Shown here: piece after piece, positions 10,382 to 19,107 of the stretch
Layout: each line of letters begins with the position of its first letter
Numbering within the stretch: the stretch's first letter is position 1
Notes under the pieces: generated by a model
Databases searched by the model: none
Told to the model about the DNA's origin: nothing
What the model saw: only the letters and a program-made list of their open reading frames with translations
NCBI GenBank assembly: GCA_044344255.1
Contig: JBIJDH010000018.1
Span: forward strand, 32,001 to 96,000
Direction of reading: 5' to 3'
DNA: 64,000 nucleotides
DNA from: Myxococcota bacterium
Lineage (GTDB): Bacteria > Myxococcota_A > UBA796 > UBA2385
Translations under genes and position numbers: made by a program

Positions 10382-10431
10382 CGAGGGGGCGACCCGCCAT
10401 CCCTGGCACCGATTCGATTGGGGGACGATCA
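10382..10431. repeat. Degenerate 50-bp direct repeat, copy 1 (copy 2 at 12841-12890)
   Basis: 36/50 ungapped identity by manual alignment. Confidence 0.5.
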
Positions 10432-11316
10432 AACTCCGCCGCCAAGCTGGTCCAACAGGAAGTCCCAGACCGCCGCCACGCGAGGGACGTGGCGCTGCGC
10501 GCGATGCGCCACCAGCCACAGCTCCGTGGCGGGCAGGTCGGCCCAGGCCGTGGTCAGCGCCTCCCCGGGTGTCACAGGGACCAGCCCGAGGCGGGTGTAG
10601 GGGGCGGGGAGCAGCACGAGACCGAGGCCAGCGCGGGCCGCGGCGATGAGGCTCGCGGCGTGGTTGCTGCGCAGCACGGGGACGAGGTTTGGGGCGTGGG
10701 AGCGCAGCCAACGGGAGCCGGCAAGGTGGGCGAGCTGGTCCCCCCAGCCGAGCCAGCGGGCGTCGGAGAAGGCCTGCAGCGTGCCGAGGGAGGCCGCATA
10801 TTCGGGGGAGGTCAGCGGGAGCTCGTGGGTGGCCGCGACCTGAACCACCAGCAGCTCGCCGCTCTGGGGACGGACGGTGCGGAGCGCCAGATCGGCCTCC
10901 CGGCGCGTGAGGTCCGCGTAGGACACGCTGGCGTCGAGCTCGATGAGGAGGCTGGGGTACCGGGCCAAGAGCAAGGGGAGCAGGGGTGCCACGAAGGTGT
11001 CGGCGACACCCGGAGGCGCGGTGATGCGCACCAGCCCCTCAACGGTGGTCTCCACCTGGTTGCCCGCGGAGGCGAAGTGGGCGACGGCGAGCTCGACCTC
11101 TTCGGCGTGAGGAAGGAGGTGCTCGGCGGCGCTCGTGGGAACGAGACCGTCGCGGGTTCGGTCGAAGAGTGGTGCGCCAAGCTCCTCTTCGAGGCGGGCC
11201 AGACGGCGGCTGACGTTCGAGGCGTCGAGGCCGACGCGCCGCCCCGCGCCGACCAGGGTGCGAGCGCGCATCACAGCGAGGAAGAGGCGGATCTGCTCCC
11301 AGGGAGGCTCGAACAT
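10429..11316 (-). CDS. LysR family transcriptional regulator
   Basis: N-terminal HTH (IRLFLAV...AGRRVGLDASNVSRRLARLEEELGAPLFDR) and substrate-binding domain (DLTRREADLALR); divergent from an oxidoreductase. Confidence 0.92.
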   Translation of the reverse strand: MFEPPWEQIRLFLAVMRARTLVGAGRRVGLDASNVSRRLARLEEELGAPLFDRTRDGLVPTSAAEHLLPHAEEVELAVAHFASAGNQVETTVEGLVRITAPPGVADTFVAPLLPLLLARYPSLLIELDASVSYADLTRREADLALRTVRPQSGELLVVQVAATHELPLTSPEYAASLGTLQAFSDARWLGWGDQLAHLAGSRWLRSHAPNLVPVLRSNHAASLIAAARAGLGLVLLPAPYTRLGLVPVTPGEALTTAWADLPATELWLVAHRAQRHVPRVAAVWDFLLDQLGGGV

Positions 11317-11422
11317 GGGGTCCACCGGGCTCGGCTGCGAAATCGCAAACCGGGACGGCAAATTAACAGCTTGGCCGGCGAACACGCAAGGGGCAAGTTG
11401 GGTTGAACCCAAGGAGCTCCCC

Positions 11423-12364
11423 ATGCAAGCGCTTCATGTCGTCCTCGGTGCCGGCCAGGTCGGACCCCTCGTCGCCCAGTCCCTCGTCGCCCGCGGGCAC
11501 CGGGTGCGGGTCGTCCGTCAATCGAGCCGGGCGGTCACGGTCCAGGGTGTCGAGGTGGTCACCGCCGATGTCCGCGACGCGGGAGTGGTGGCTCGGGTCA
11601 CCGAGGGCGCCGCCACCGTCTATCACTGTGTCAATCCGCGCTATTTCGAATGGCCCGCGCTGCTCATGCCCATCACAAAGGGGATTGTCGAGGGGACCCG
11701 CCGAAGTGGCGCAAACCTCGTCGCCCTAGACAATCTCTACATGTACGGCGATACCTCCCATGTCCACGCGGGCTCTGTCGTCGGGCCGCGCTCTCGAAAG
11801 GGGGCGCTCCGCGTGGAAGCGGCGGCCCTGATGTTGGACCCGACGATGAAGGGGGATCGGCGCGTCGTGATCGGTCGAGCGGCAGACTTCTTCGGGCCGG
11901 GCTCGACACAGTCCGCCGTCTTCGGAGCACGGTTCTTCGAGCGGATCCTGAACGGTCGTGCGGGCGAGTCTCTCGGCGACCCCGACATGCTCCACAGCTA
12001 CTCCTATGTGCCCGATGTGGCAGAGGGGCTCGTGGCGCTCGGCACCTCCGCGACGGCGACAGGCGTCTACATGCTGCCCGTCCAACCCGCGGAGACGACA
12101 CGCGCTGTCATCCAGCGCTTCTACCGCGAGATGGGCATCGACCGCGGGGTCGATCGGGTGCCCACCTGGGTCCTGCGTTTGATGGGGCTGTGGAACCCGA
12201 CGGTGCGGGAGCTGGTGGAGATGGTCTACCAGTGGGAGCAGCCCTATGTGGTGGATGACAGCCGAATTCGGGGCGAGCTCGGCCTGCAGCCCACCCCCTG
12301 GGAGGAGGCGGTGTCGGCGACCCTCGCTTGGGGCCGGACCGCCATCGGCCCGGCCCTGGCCTGA
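11423..12364 (+). CDS. NAD-dependent epimerase/dehydratase family protein
   Basis: VVLGAGQVG Rossmann motif, DNLYMYG, RAADFFGPG and HSYSYVPDVA. Confidence 0.88.
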   Translation: MQALHVVLGAGQVGPLVAQSLVARGHRVRVVRQSSRAVTVQGVEVVTADVRDAGVVARVTEGAATVYHCVNPRYFEWPALLMPITKGIVEGTRRSGANLVALDNLYMYGDTSHVHAGSVVGPRSRKGALRVEAAALMLDPTMKGDRRVVIGRAADFFGPGSTQSAVFGARFFERILNGRAGESLGDPDMLHSYSYVPDVAEGLVALGTSATATGVYMLPVQPAETTRAVIQRFYREMGIDRGVDRVPTWVLRLMGLWNPTVRELVEMVYQWEQPYVVDDSRIRGELGLQPTPWEEAVSATLAWGRTAIGPALA

Positions 12365-12840
12365 CCGATATCTGGAGATCGGGGATGGAGATGGAGTGTC
12401 CGCATTGGAGATGGAGTGCCAGCGATGGATCGTTGACACTCCTGTTCGGCGTCGGCCCGAGGTCGGACAGCCCCTCCTTCCATCGCTCACACTCCGCATC
12501 GCGGGGGCGATGGGCACGCTGGCGCGCCTATCTCATTTGTATACGCGCGGGGGATCTCCCGTCACCTGGAAGAAGACGCGGCACGCCATCGAGCTCAAGC
12601 TCCGCCGAGGACCCGACACAGAGGAGCGCGCGCTGCGGCAGACCAACCACTGCCTCGACACCGCGGGTCGCGTCCATCCAAGGTAGCGCCCGCCGTGGAG
12701 GCCGTCCAAGGGGGCAGTTCACTGCCCGTTGACCGCAGAGTCCCGCCCTGCAGGTCTTCCAACAGGCTCATCGTACCGGAACGTCGGTGCCGAGCCCCGC
12801 TCCGAATCTTTGGCCCCAAAGCAGGCGGGTGAGCACCCCT

Positions 12841-12890
12841 CGAAGGAGCGACCCTCCATGCCTGGAACTGACTTGCGTCGGGAACGGTGA
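12841..12890. repeat. Degenerate 50-bp direct repeat, copy 2
   Basis: 36/50 identity to 10382-10431. Confidence 0.5.
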
Positions 12891-12977
12891 TGTGGGTGAT
12901 CTCGGTACACCGCTGGCGGATCACGGCGTCGATGCCAGCAGGATCTGGCGATCGCCGACCTCGGCGACTACAATCCG

Positions 12978-13190
12978 ATGATGGAACGCTCCTTCGACCA
13001 GATGACCAAGGCCGAGCGCATCCTCTACGTGCAGGATCTCTGGGACCGGATCGCCGCAGATCCCGAGCCGGTGCCGCTCTCGGCCGCACAGGTCGCAGAG
13101 GTCCGTCGCCGGCTGGCTGACCACGAGGCGCATCCCGAGGCGTCGATCCCGTGGGAGACCGCCCGCGAACAGGTTCGGATTCGGCGGTGA
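12978..13190 (+). CDS. Addiction-module antitoxin component (TIGR02574-like)
   Basis: ERILYVQDLWDRI...EVRRRLADH...IPWE pattern; GTGA overlap with the downstream toxin. Confidence 0.85.
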   Translation: MMERSFDQMTKAERILYVQDLWDRIAADPEPVPLSAAQVAEVRRRLADHEAHPEASIPWETAREQVRIRR

Positions 13191-13483
13191 CTCTGCCGCT
13201 CCGGATCCGCGCGGAGGCCAGCGCGGAGCTGAACGCCGCGTGGAACTGGTACGAGAACCAGCGCGAAGGGCTCGGGGATGATCTCCTGGGCTGTGTCGAC
13301 GCCGCCTTCGCCGCTGTTGCCAGAGCGCCCGAGGCCTACGCCGGCGTCGATGGACCAGTTCGGCGCGCGCTCGTCCGCCGGTTCCCCTACATTGTCCTGT
13401 TCCGCGAGTACCCCGATTACATCGCGATCCTGGCGGTTTTTCACACGAGCCGGAACCCGCAGGAGGCCCGCGGTCGGGGCTGA
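13187..13483 (+). CDS. Type II toxin, RelE/ParE family
   Basis: AELNAAWNWYENQREGLG...RRALVRRFPY...ILAVFHTSRNP. Confidence 0.88.
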   Translation: MTLPLRIRAEASAELNAAWNWYENQREGLGDDLLGCVDAAFAAVARAPEAYAGVDGPVRRALVRRFPYIVLFREYPDYIAILAVFHTSRNPQEARGRG

Positions 13484-13537
13484 CGATCGGCGACCTGCTA
13501 TGCGAGTTCGATAACTTCGGCGCCCAGAATTGAAGAA

Positions 13538-13569
13538 GGCCCGTAGAAGTTCGTCACTTTCGACGGGCC
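13538..13569 (-). terminator. Stem-loop, probable intrinsic terminator (possibly bidirectional)
   Basis: Arms ggcccgtagaagt / actttcgacgggcc; followed on the minus strand by ttcttcaattct. Confidence 0.55.
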
Positions 13570-13769
13570 CTCATAAGGTTGGTCGGGATGGGCGAACGCT
13601 TATAGAACTTTTTGGTCGGATCCGCAGGAGTGGTCGGAGGAGCGAATGCTGGCGTTGAAGGCGGCGGCGGAGCCGCCGGTGCCGGTGTTGGCGGAGTGAG
13701 CGCCAGGGCTTCCGGGCGTCCCTCGGGGGCCGCGAGGGCGTAGCAATCGGTGCATCAGCACGATCCGGC

Positions 13770-13949
13770 TCACGACGCGCCCGCGGTACCGCGACCCCAG
13801 CCGTACCGCGACGTCGCGAGGAGCGCCACGCCGGCGACGAGCCAGAACGCGACCAGCGCGAGCGCCGCTGGGTCCGTCTCGTGAAGGTGCGGAACAGCCG
13901 CGGGGTGGGCATGGGCGAAGCTGACGAGCGTGACGGCGAGGGAAAGCAT
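13770..13949 (-). CDS. Small His-rich membrane protein (59 aa)
   Basis: MLSLAVTLVSFAHAHPAAVPHLHETD followed by one TM segment; divergent from the sensor kinase. Confidence 0.55.
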   Translation of the reverse strand: MLSLAVTLVSFAHAHPAAVPHLHETDPAALALVAFWLVAGVALLATSRYGWGRGTAGAS

Positions 13950-13998
13950 GAACTCGACCCTATCCCGCTCCGCCGCCGGGACGGATAGCGTCGCGCTC

Positions 13999-15216
13999 GT
14001 GACCCGCCCCCCCACCGTCGACCCCGCCCTCGCGCTTCGCTGGCTCTCGCAGGCCCGCCGCGGCGTCATCCTCGCCCAGACGCTGCTTCTGGCCGTTGCG
14101 CGGTTCGGGACCGACGTGCGGCCACCCCTCGTACCGCTCGTCGTCCTGCTCGGAGGGCTCGCCGTCTTCGACATCGTGGAACGCCGACGCGCCCCCACCG
14201 AGAGGCGTGTCGTCATCCACGCGGCCGTCGACCTGCTCGCCCTCACGGGCATCCTGCTCGTGACGGGGGGCGCGCAGAACCCGCTACAGGCGTTCTACCT
14301 CGTCGAGGTCGCGCTCCTCGCGATCGTGCTCCCCGGCCGCGCCGCGTGGATGGCAACGGGCGCCGCGGTGCTCTTGCAGGCCGTGGCAACGGTGTTCGCC
14401 CTCCACATCCCCGGCTTCGACGAGGAGCCGCACCACCATCACGGGCACCTCGCGGGGCATGTGCTGGCGTTCGACCTCGCGGCCGTGGCCGTCACCGCGT
14501 TCGTGGGTCGGCTCTCGGCGGCGCTGCGGGAGCGCCAGGAAGCGCTCCGAGCGTCCGAGGCGGAGCGCGCGCGCAGCGAGAAGCTGGCCGCGCTCGGGAC
14601 GCTGGCCGCGGGGACCGCACACGCGCTTGGGACGCCACTCGGCGCCATCGAGCTCCTTGCGGAGGAGATGGCGCTCGAACCTACGGACGAGACGCTCGGT
14701 GCGCTGCGCGGGGAGGTCCGGCGGTGCCGCGCGATCCTCGACCGGATGCTCGCCGGCGATGGTGGCGCCGACGGGACTACGGATCGGGTCGGTGAGCGCG
14801 TGGCCGGGTGGGTGGAGGCCTGGCGGGCCGGACAGCCCGGCGCGGTGCAGCTCGAAGTGGACGGCGCTTCGGTGCTCGCGACGGTGCTCGGCGGCGAGGA
14901 GGGCTGGCGCGATGCGATGTGGACCCTGCTCGACAACGCGCGCGCGGCGGGCGAGCCGATTCGGGTGATGACGCGTCGCGATGGCGATCGCGTCCTGGTC
15001 ACCATCGAGGACAGCGGCCCCCAGGTCCCGCCCGAGCGCCTCGCCCGCGCGGGCCAGCCGTTCTTCAGCGCGTGGCCGAGCCGTAAGGGGACGGGCCTCG
15101 GCCTCTACGTCGCGCGGACGTTCGCCCGCGCCGCCTCGGGCGACGTCCTGCTCGAGCCTTGCCCCGAGGGCGGCGCCCGGGCCATCCTCACGATGGTCGT
15201 GGTGGAGGGAACGTGA
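13999..15216 (+). CDS. regB: RegB/PrrB/ActS-type membrane sensor histidine kinase
   Basis: TGGAQNP membrane motif, H-box AAGTAHALGTPL, RCRAIL redox Cys, N-box LLDNA, PFFS and GTGLGL. GTG start chosen by comparison with the paralog at 26121. Confidence 0.85.
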   Translation: MTRPPTVDPALALRWLSQARRGVILAQTLLLAVARFGTDVRPPLVPLVVLLGGLAVFDIVERRRAPTERRVVIHAAVDLLALTGILLVTGGAQNPLQAFYLVEVALLAIVLPGRAAWMATGAAVLLQAVATVFALHIPGFDEEPHHHHGHLAGHVLAFDLAAVAVTAFVGRLSAALRERQEALRASEAERARSEKLAALGTLAAGTAHALGTPLGAIELLAEEMALEPTDETLGALRGEVRRCRAILDRMLAGDGGADGTTDRVGERVAGWVEAWRAGQPGAVQLEVDGASVLATVLGGEEGWRDAMWTLLDNARAAGEPIRVMTRRDGDRVLVTIEDSGPQVPPERLARAGQPFFSAWPSRKGTGLGLYVARTFARAASGDVLLEPCPEGGARAILTMVVVEGT

Positions 15217-15728
15217 ACACAGTGCTGGTGGTCGAGGACGACGAGGTCTACCGAAAGGCGCTCGCCCGGGCCCTCCGCCGGGAGGGGTTCGAACCGGTGG
15301 AAGCCGAGAGCGTGGAGTCCGCCCTCGCCGCCCTCGGCGGGATCGCGCCAGCGTACGCGGTCATCGACCTCGCGCTGGGGGACGGCTCCGGCATCGACGT
15401 CGTGCGCGCCATCACCGCGCGTGCGCCGGGATGTCGCTCGTTGCTCCTCACGGCTCACGGGACCATCCCATCCGCGGTCCAGGCCATACGCGCGGGCGCC
15501 GTCGACTTCCGCACCAAGCCCATCTCCACCGCCGAGCTCGTGGACGCCTTGCGCCGTGCCGAGCCCCATCGGCAAGCCCTGCCCGACGAGCTCGACGACG
15601 CTGAGCGCCAGCACATCCAGCGCATCCTCGCGGAGTGCGACGGAAACGTGTCCGAGGCCGCCCGGCGCCTCGGACTTCACCGCCGAACGCTCCAGCGCAA
15701 GCTGGAGAAGCTGGCATCCAACCACTGA
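15213..15728 (+). CDS. regA: RegA/PrrA/ActR-type response regulator
   Basis: VLVVEDD, IDL (phospho-Asp), TKP and diagnostic Fis-type HTH GNVSEAARRLGLHRRTLQRKL; GTGA coupling to the kinase. Confidence 0.9.
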   Translation: MNTVLVVEDDEVYRKALARALRREGFEPVEAESVESALAALGGIAPAYAVIDLALGDGSGIDVVRAITARAPGCRSLLLTAHGTIPSAVQAIRAGAVDFRTKPISTAELVDALRRAEPHRQALPDELDDAERQHIQRILAECDGNVSEAARRLGLHRRTLQRKLEKLASNH

Positions 15729-15729
15729 C

Positions 15730-15767
15730 AAGGCAAAGTGTCGCAGCCTGTCGCGACAACGTGTCAC
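15730..15767. promoter_or_regulatory. Two imperfect RegR/RegA-type boxes upstream of the TonB-dependent receptor
   Basis: AAGGC-AAAGT-GTCGC (15730-15744) and GCGAC-AACGT-GTCAC (15753-15767), each 8/10 to GCGGC-N5-GTCGC or its reverse complement. Confidence 0.55.
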
Positions 15768-15802
15768 AGGGCCAAACGGCGCGCTCACTCGTATGAGGCG
15801 CC

Positions 15803-17725
15803 GTGGAACCAGCAGACGATACAACCGGCGTAGAGATCGTCATCGAGGCGCAGCGTCCGCAGGACTCGGCGACGGACCGCAGGCTCGACCGCGCGGCGAT
15901 CGAAGCGCTCCCCGGCCGCTCGGCGGACGACATGCTGCGCGCCATGCCAGGGCTCCACCAGTCGGCCCACGGCGGCCACGGGAAGGCGTACCAGTACTTC
16001 CTCCGCGGCTTCGACGCGGTTCACGGCTCCGACATCGCCGTCTCGCTCGAGGGCGTGCCGCTCAACGAGGTCTCCAACGTCCACGGGCACGGCTACCTCG
16101 ACCTGCACTTCATCCCACCGGCCGTCGTGCGCGGGCTCACGCTCCGGCCGGGGACCTGGCGCGCGGACGCCGGCGACTTCGCCGTGGCGGGGTCCGCCGA
16201 CTTCTCGCTGGGCCTCGAAGAGCCCGGCGGCCAGGTCTGGATCGGGGGAGGGACCGACGTGAGCGGAGCCGCCACCCTCGCGTGGCGCCCGCAGAAGTCC
16301 AAGCCGGGCACCTTTCTGGTCGCGGACGTGGACCTCGGCCAGGGCGTCGGGGACGCTCGCTCCTGGCGGCAGCTCCGCGCCGGGGGCGGGTGGGAAGGTG
16401 AGCTCGGTGGCGTGCACGCACGCGGCTTCCTCCTCGCCTACGACGGCGTCTTCGAGTCGCCGGGCGTGCTTCGGGAGGACGACCTCGCGGCGGGAGAGGT
16501 GGAGTTCTACGACGCGTACCCGGCCGCGGGCGGGGGCGCGTCTCGCCGGGTCCTCGCGAGCGCGCTGGTTTCGGGTGGAGACCGCGTGCCCTGGCGCGCC
16601 ACGCTCTACGGCGGGTGGCGAGACCTGCGGCTGGTCCAGAACTACACAGGGTTCTACGGCGACGACGGGCACGGCGACGGCACCGCGCAGGCGCACCACG
16701 CGGGCCTGGCGGGTGGCCGGTTCGAGGCGGGTTGGGCGGGTCCGCTCGGCCTCGTCCTGAAGGGCGGGCTCGACGCGCGCGGCGACTTCTTCCGCCAGAC
16801 CGAGGAGGGCGTGCTCTCGGACGGCGCGGTGTGGGAGACCCCCATCGACGCGACCGCCCAACAGGGCGATGTCGGCGCCTGGATCGCGGCGCCGTGGTCG
16901 ATCGCGCCCTGGCTCCGGATCGAGCCCGGCCTGCGCGCCGAGCTCCTCCTCGTGCACCCCGAGGAAGGCGACCCGGGCGTCGCGTGGGCGCCCGTGCTCG
17001 CCCCCAAGGCCGCCGTCACCCTGTTCCCCCGCGGCCCCGTGACCGCGTTCGCCGCCTACGGCCGTGGCTTTCGCTCCCCGGAGGCCCGGGGAACTGAGCC
17101 CGGGGAGATCGCCCCCGTCGCCCTGTCAGACTCCGCCGAGCTCGGGACGCGGGCGCACCCGACCGACTGGTTGGAGCTGCGGGCGGCGGGGTTCGCGACG
17201 CTCATCTCCGACGAGATCGTGTTCGACCACGCCGCCGCGCGCTTCCTCGCGACGGGCAGCACACGCCGCGTCGGCTTCGACGGCGGCGTGACCGCCCACC
17301 CCATCGAGCCGCTGCGCGTGGAGGTCGACGTCACCTGGTCGGACGGTGTCTACGTCGCGACGGGCGAGCCCATCCCATACGCCCCGCGCCTCCTCGTGGT
17401 CGGCGGGGTCTACACGGACGACCTGCCCGTCGGCCCCCTCCACCTGACCGCCGGCGTGCGCGCGTGGCTCCTCGGCCCTCGCCCCCTGCCCGGCGGCTTC
17501 TCCAGTCACACCGCCGGCGTCGTGGATGTCACCGCGCGGGCAGATTGGAAGAAGTGGAGCCTGTCGCTCGATGTCGACAACGTGCTCGGCAGCCAGTGGC
17601 GCGACGGGGAGTTCGTCTTTCCGTCGCATTGGGACCTCGACGAAGCACGCAGCGAGCTGCCCGTGCGTCACTTCACAGCGGGGGCGCCGACGGTGGCGCG
17701 CCTCGCGATCGGACGGAGCTTCTGA
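15803..17725 (+). CDS. TonB-dependent receptor, probably metal uptake
   Basis: Plug motif HGGHGKAYQYFLRGFDAVHGSD...NVHGHGYLDL, beta-barrel strands, AYGRGFRSP, VDNVLG and C-terminal Phe. Confidence 0.88.
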   Translation: MEPADDTTGVEIVIEAQRPQDSATDRRLDRAAIEALPGRSADDMLRAMPGLHQSAHGGHGKAYQYFLRGFDAVHGSDIAVSLEGVPLNEVSNVHGHGYLDLHFIPPAVVRGLTLRPGTWRADAGDFAVAGSADFSLGLEEPGGQVWIGGGTDVSGAATLAWRPQKSKPGTFLVADVDLGQGVGDARSWRQLRAGGGWEGELGGVHARGFLLAYDGVFESPGVLREDDLAAGEVEFYDAYPAAGGGASRRVLASALVSGGDRVPWRATLYGGWRDLRLVQNYTGFYGDDGHGDGTAQAHHAGLAGGRFEAGWAGPLGLVLKGGLDARGDFFRQTEEGVLSDGAVWETPIDATAQQGDVGAWIAAPWSIAPWLRIEPGLRAELLLVHPEEGDPGVAWAPVLAPKAAVTLFPRGPVTAFAAYGRGFRSPEARGTEPGEIAPVALSDSAELGTRAHPTDWLELRAAGFATLISDEIVFDHAAARFLATGSTRRVGFDGGVTAHPIEPLRVEVDVTWSDGVYVATGEPIPYAPRLLVVGGVYTDDLPVGPLHLTAGVRAWLLGPRPLPGGFSSHTAGVVDVTARADWKKWSLSLDVDNVLGSQWRDGEFVFPSHWDLDEARSELPVRHFTAGAPTVARLAIGRSF

Positions 17726-18384
17726 TGCTGCTCACCCTGCTCCTGGCCTGCGGGACCACCGACCGCGCCCTGCTCACGGTGCCCGTGACGTTCAAGGGCG
17801 CCACCGCCGACGTTGCGCCCGTCGACGGCGTCGCCGTCACCCTCACGGAGGCGTCCGTGACCGTCTTCGACGTGCGGATGGAGGGCCTCGCGCAGACGGC
17901 GTGGCGCTGGTCCCCCATCCCGAGCGCGCAGGCACACCCCGGGCACGACTTCGCGGGCGACCTGGCGGGCGAGCTCACGGGGACGTGGACCCTCGATCTG
18001 CTCGGCGGCGACGCTCTCCTCGGGGACGCCTCCTGCTACGAAGGCGAGTACGCGACCGGGCGGATCTCGCTGCTGGCGGACCCCGTCTCCGTGCTCGCCG
18101 GTACCGCGACCGTGGACGGCGTGGCCACCCCGTTCCGCTTCGAGCTCGCGCCCGCTCAGGAGATCACCGGCCTCTCCTTCGAGACCACGATGGCGGCCGC
18201 TGCGCCGCCGTCCGGAATCTCCCTGTCCGTCGACCTTGCCCACGCCCTCTCGTTCGCCGACTGGCGGACGGTCGACGCGGACGGAGACGGCACGCTCACC
18301 ACCGCCGACGGCACCCTCGCGAACACCGTGCTCTTCGGCATCGTCGCCACGCCCACCTGGACCCTCACCCCGGAGCCCTCATGA
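17725..18384 (+). CDS. Lipoprotein with internal AHPGH motif
   Basis: MLLTLLLAC lipobox; SAQAHPGH; translationally coupled to the receptor. Confidence 0.75.
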   Translation: MLLTLLLACGTTDRALLTVPVTFKGATADVAPVDGVAVTLTEASVTVFDVRMEGLAQTAWRWSPIPSAQAHPGHDFAGDLAGELTGTWTLDLLGGDALLGDASCYEGEYATGRISLLADPVSVLAGTATVDGVATPFRFELAPAQEITGLSFETTMAAAAPPSGISLSVDLAHALSFADWRTVDADGDGTLTTADGTLANTVLFGIVATPTWTLTPEPS

Positions 18385-19106
18385 CCCTCTTCTCCCTTCT
18401 CCCCCTCCTCGTCGCCTGCGGCGGCGGCACCTGGACCGTCAACACCTGGGGCGAGGAGTACATCGAAGACACGATGCCCGCCGAGATCTTCGAGGATGGC
18501 TGCTCCGTCACCTACGACAGCTTCGAGATCGCGATGAGTGGCGTCGCGCTGCTCGACGGCGACGGCACTGAGGTGGGCGTGGTCGACGGCGAGCAGGTGT
18601 TCGACCTCACCGCCGCCGGCCCCCACGACGTCGGCTCCGCGGAGGTGTCCGCCACCCACTACGCCAACGCCCGCTACGTGATCGCGCCGTCCGAAGAGCT
18701 TGGCGGCAGCTCCGTCGTCGCGGCAGGCACCCTCACCTGCGGCGCCGAATCGGTGACGTTCGACTGGGCGTTCGACACCGACACCACCTACGAGTGCGAG
18801 CCGGCCGACCTCACCATCCCCGCCGGGGGCGAGGACAGCACCGAGTACACCATCCACGGCGACCACCTCTTCTACGACGGGCTGGAGAACGAGGACGCCG
18901 TGGTCCGCGGGCAGGCGATCGCGGACGCGGACGGCGATGCCGATGGCGTGGTCACCCTCGCGGAGCTCGAGGCCGTGTCCGTCGCGACGCTCGGCTACGA
19001 GGTGGGCCAATACAGCGAGGTGACGAACCTCGCGCAGTTCGTGCGCTTCCTGACCCAGACGCTCGGCCATGTCGACGGCGAGGGGCACTGCCAGGTGGAC
19101 CTGTAG
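18381..19106 (+). CDS. Acidic lipoprotein with His motifs (TIHGDHLF, HVDGEGHC)
   Basis: LLVAC lipobox; ATGA coupling; EF-hand-like DGDADGVVTLAEL. Confidence 0.75.
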   Translation: MTLFSLLPLLVACGGGTWTVNTWGEEYIEDTMPAEIFEDGCSVTYDSFEIAMSGVALLDGDGTEVGVVDGEQVFDLTAAGPHDVGSAEVSATHYANARYVIAPSEELGGSSVVAAGTLTCGAESVTFDWAFDTDTTYECEPADLTIPAGGEDSTEYTIHGDHLFYDGLENEDAVVRGQAIADADGDADGVVTLAELEAVSVATLGYEVGQYSEVTNLAQFVRFLTQTLGHVDGEGHCQVDL

Positions 19107-19107
19107 C

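Noticed and set aside
12365..12977. Protein-coding gene or IS element
   Set aside because: Several short ORFs with no recognisable motif; no transposase signature or terminal inverted repeats.
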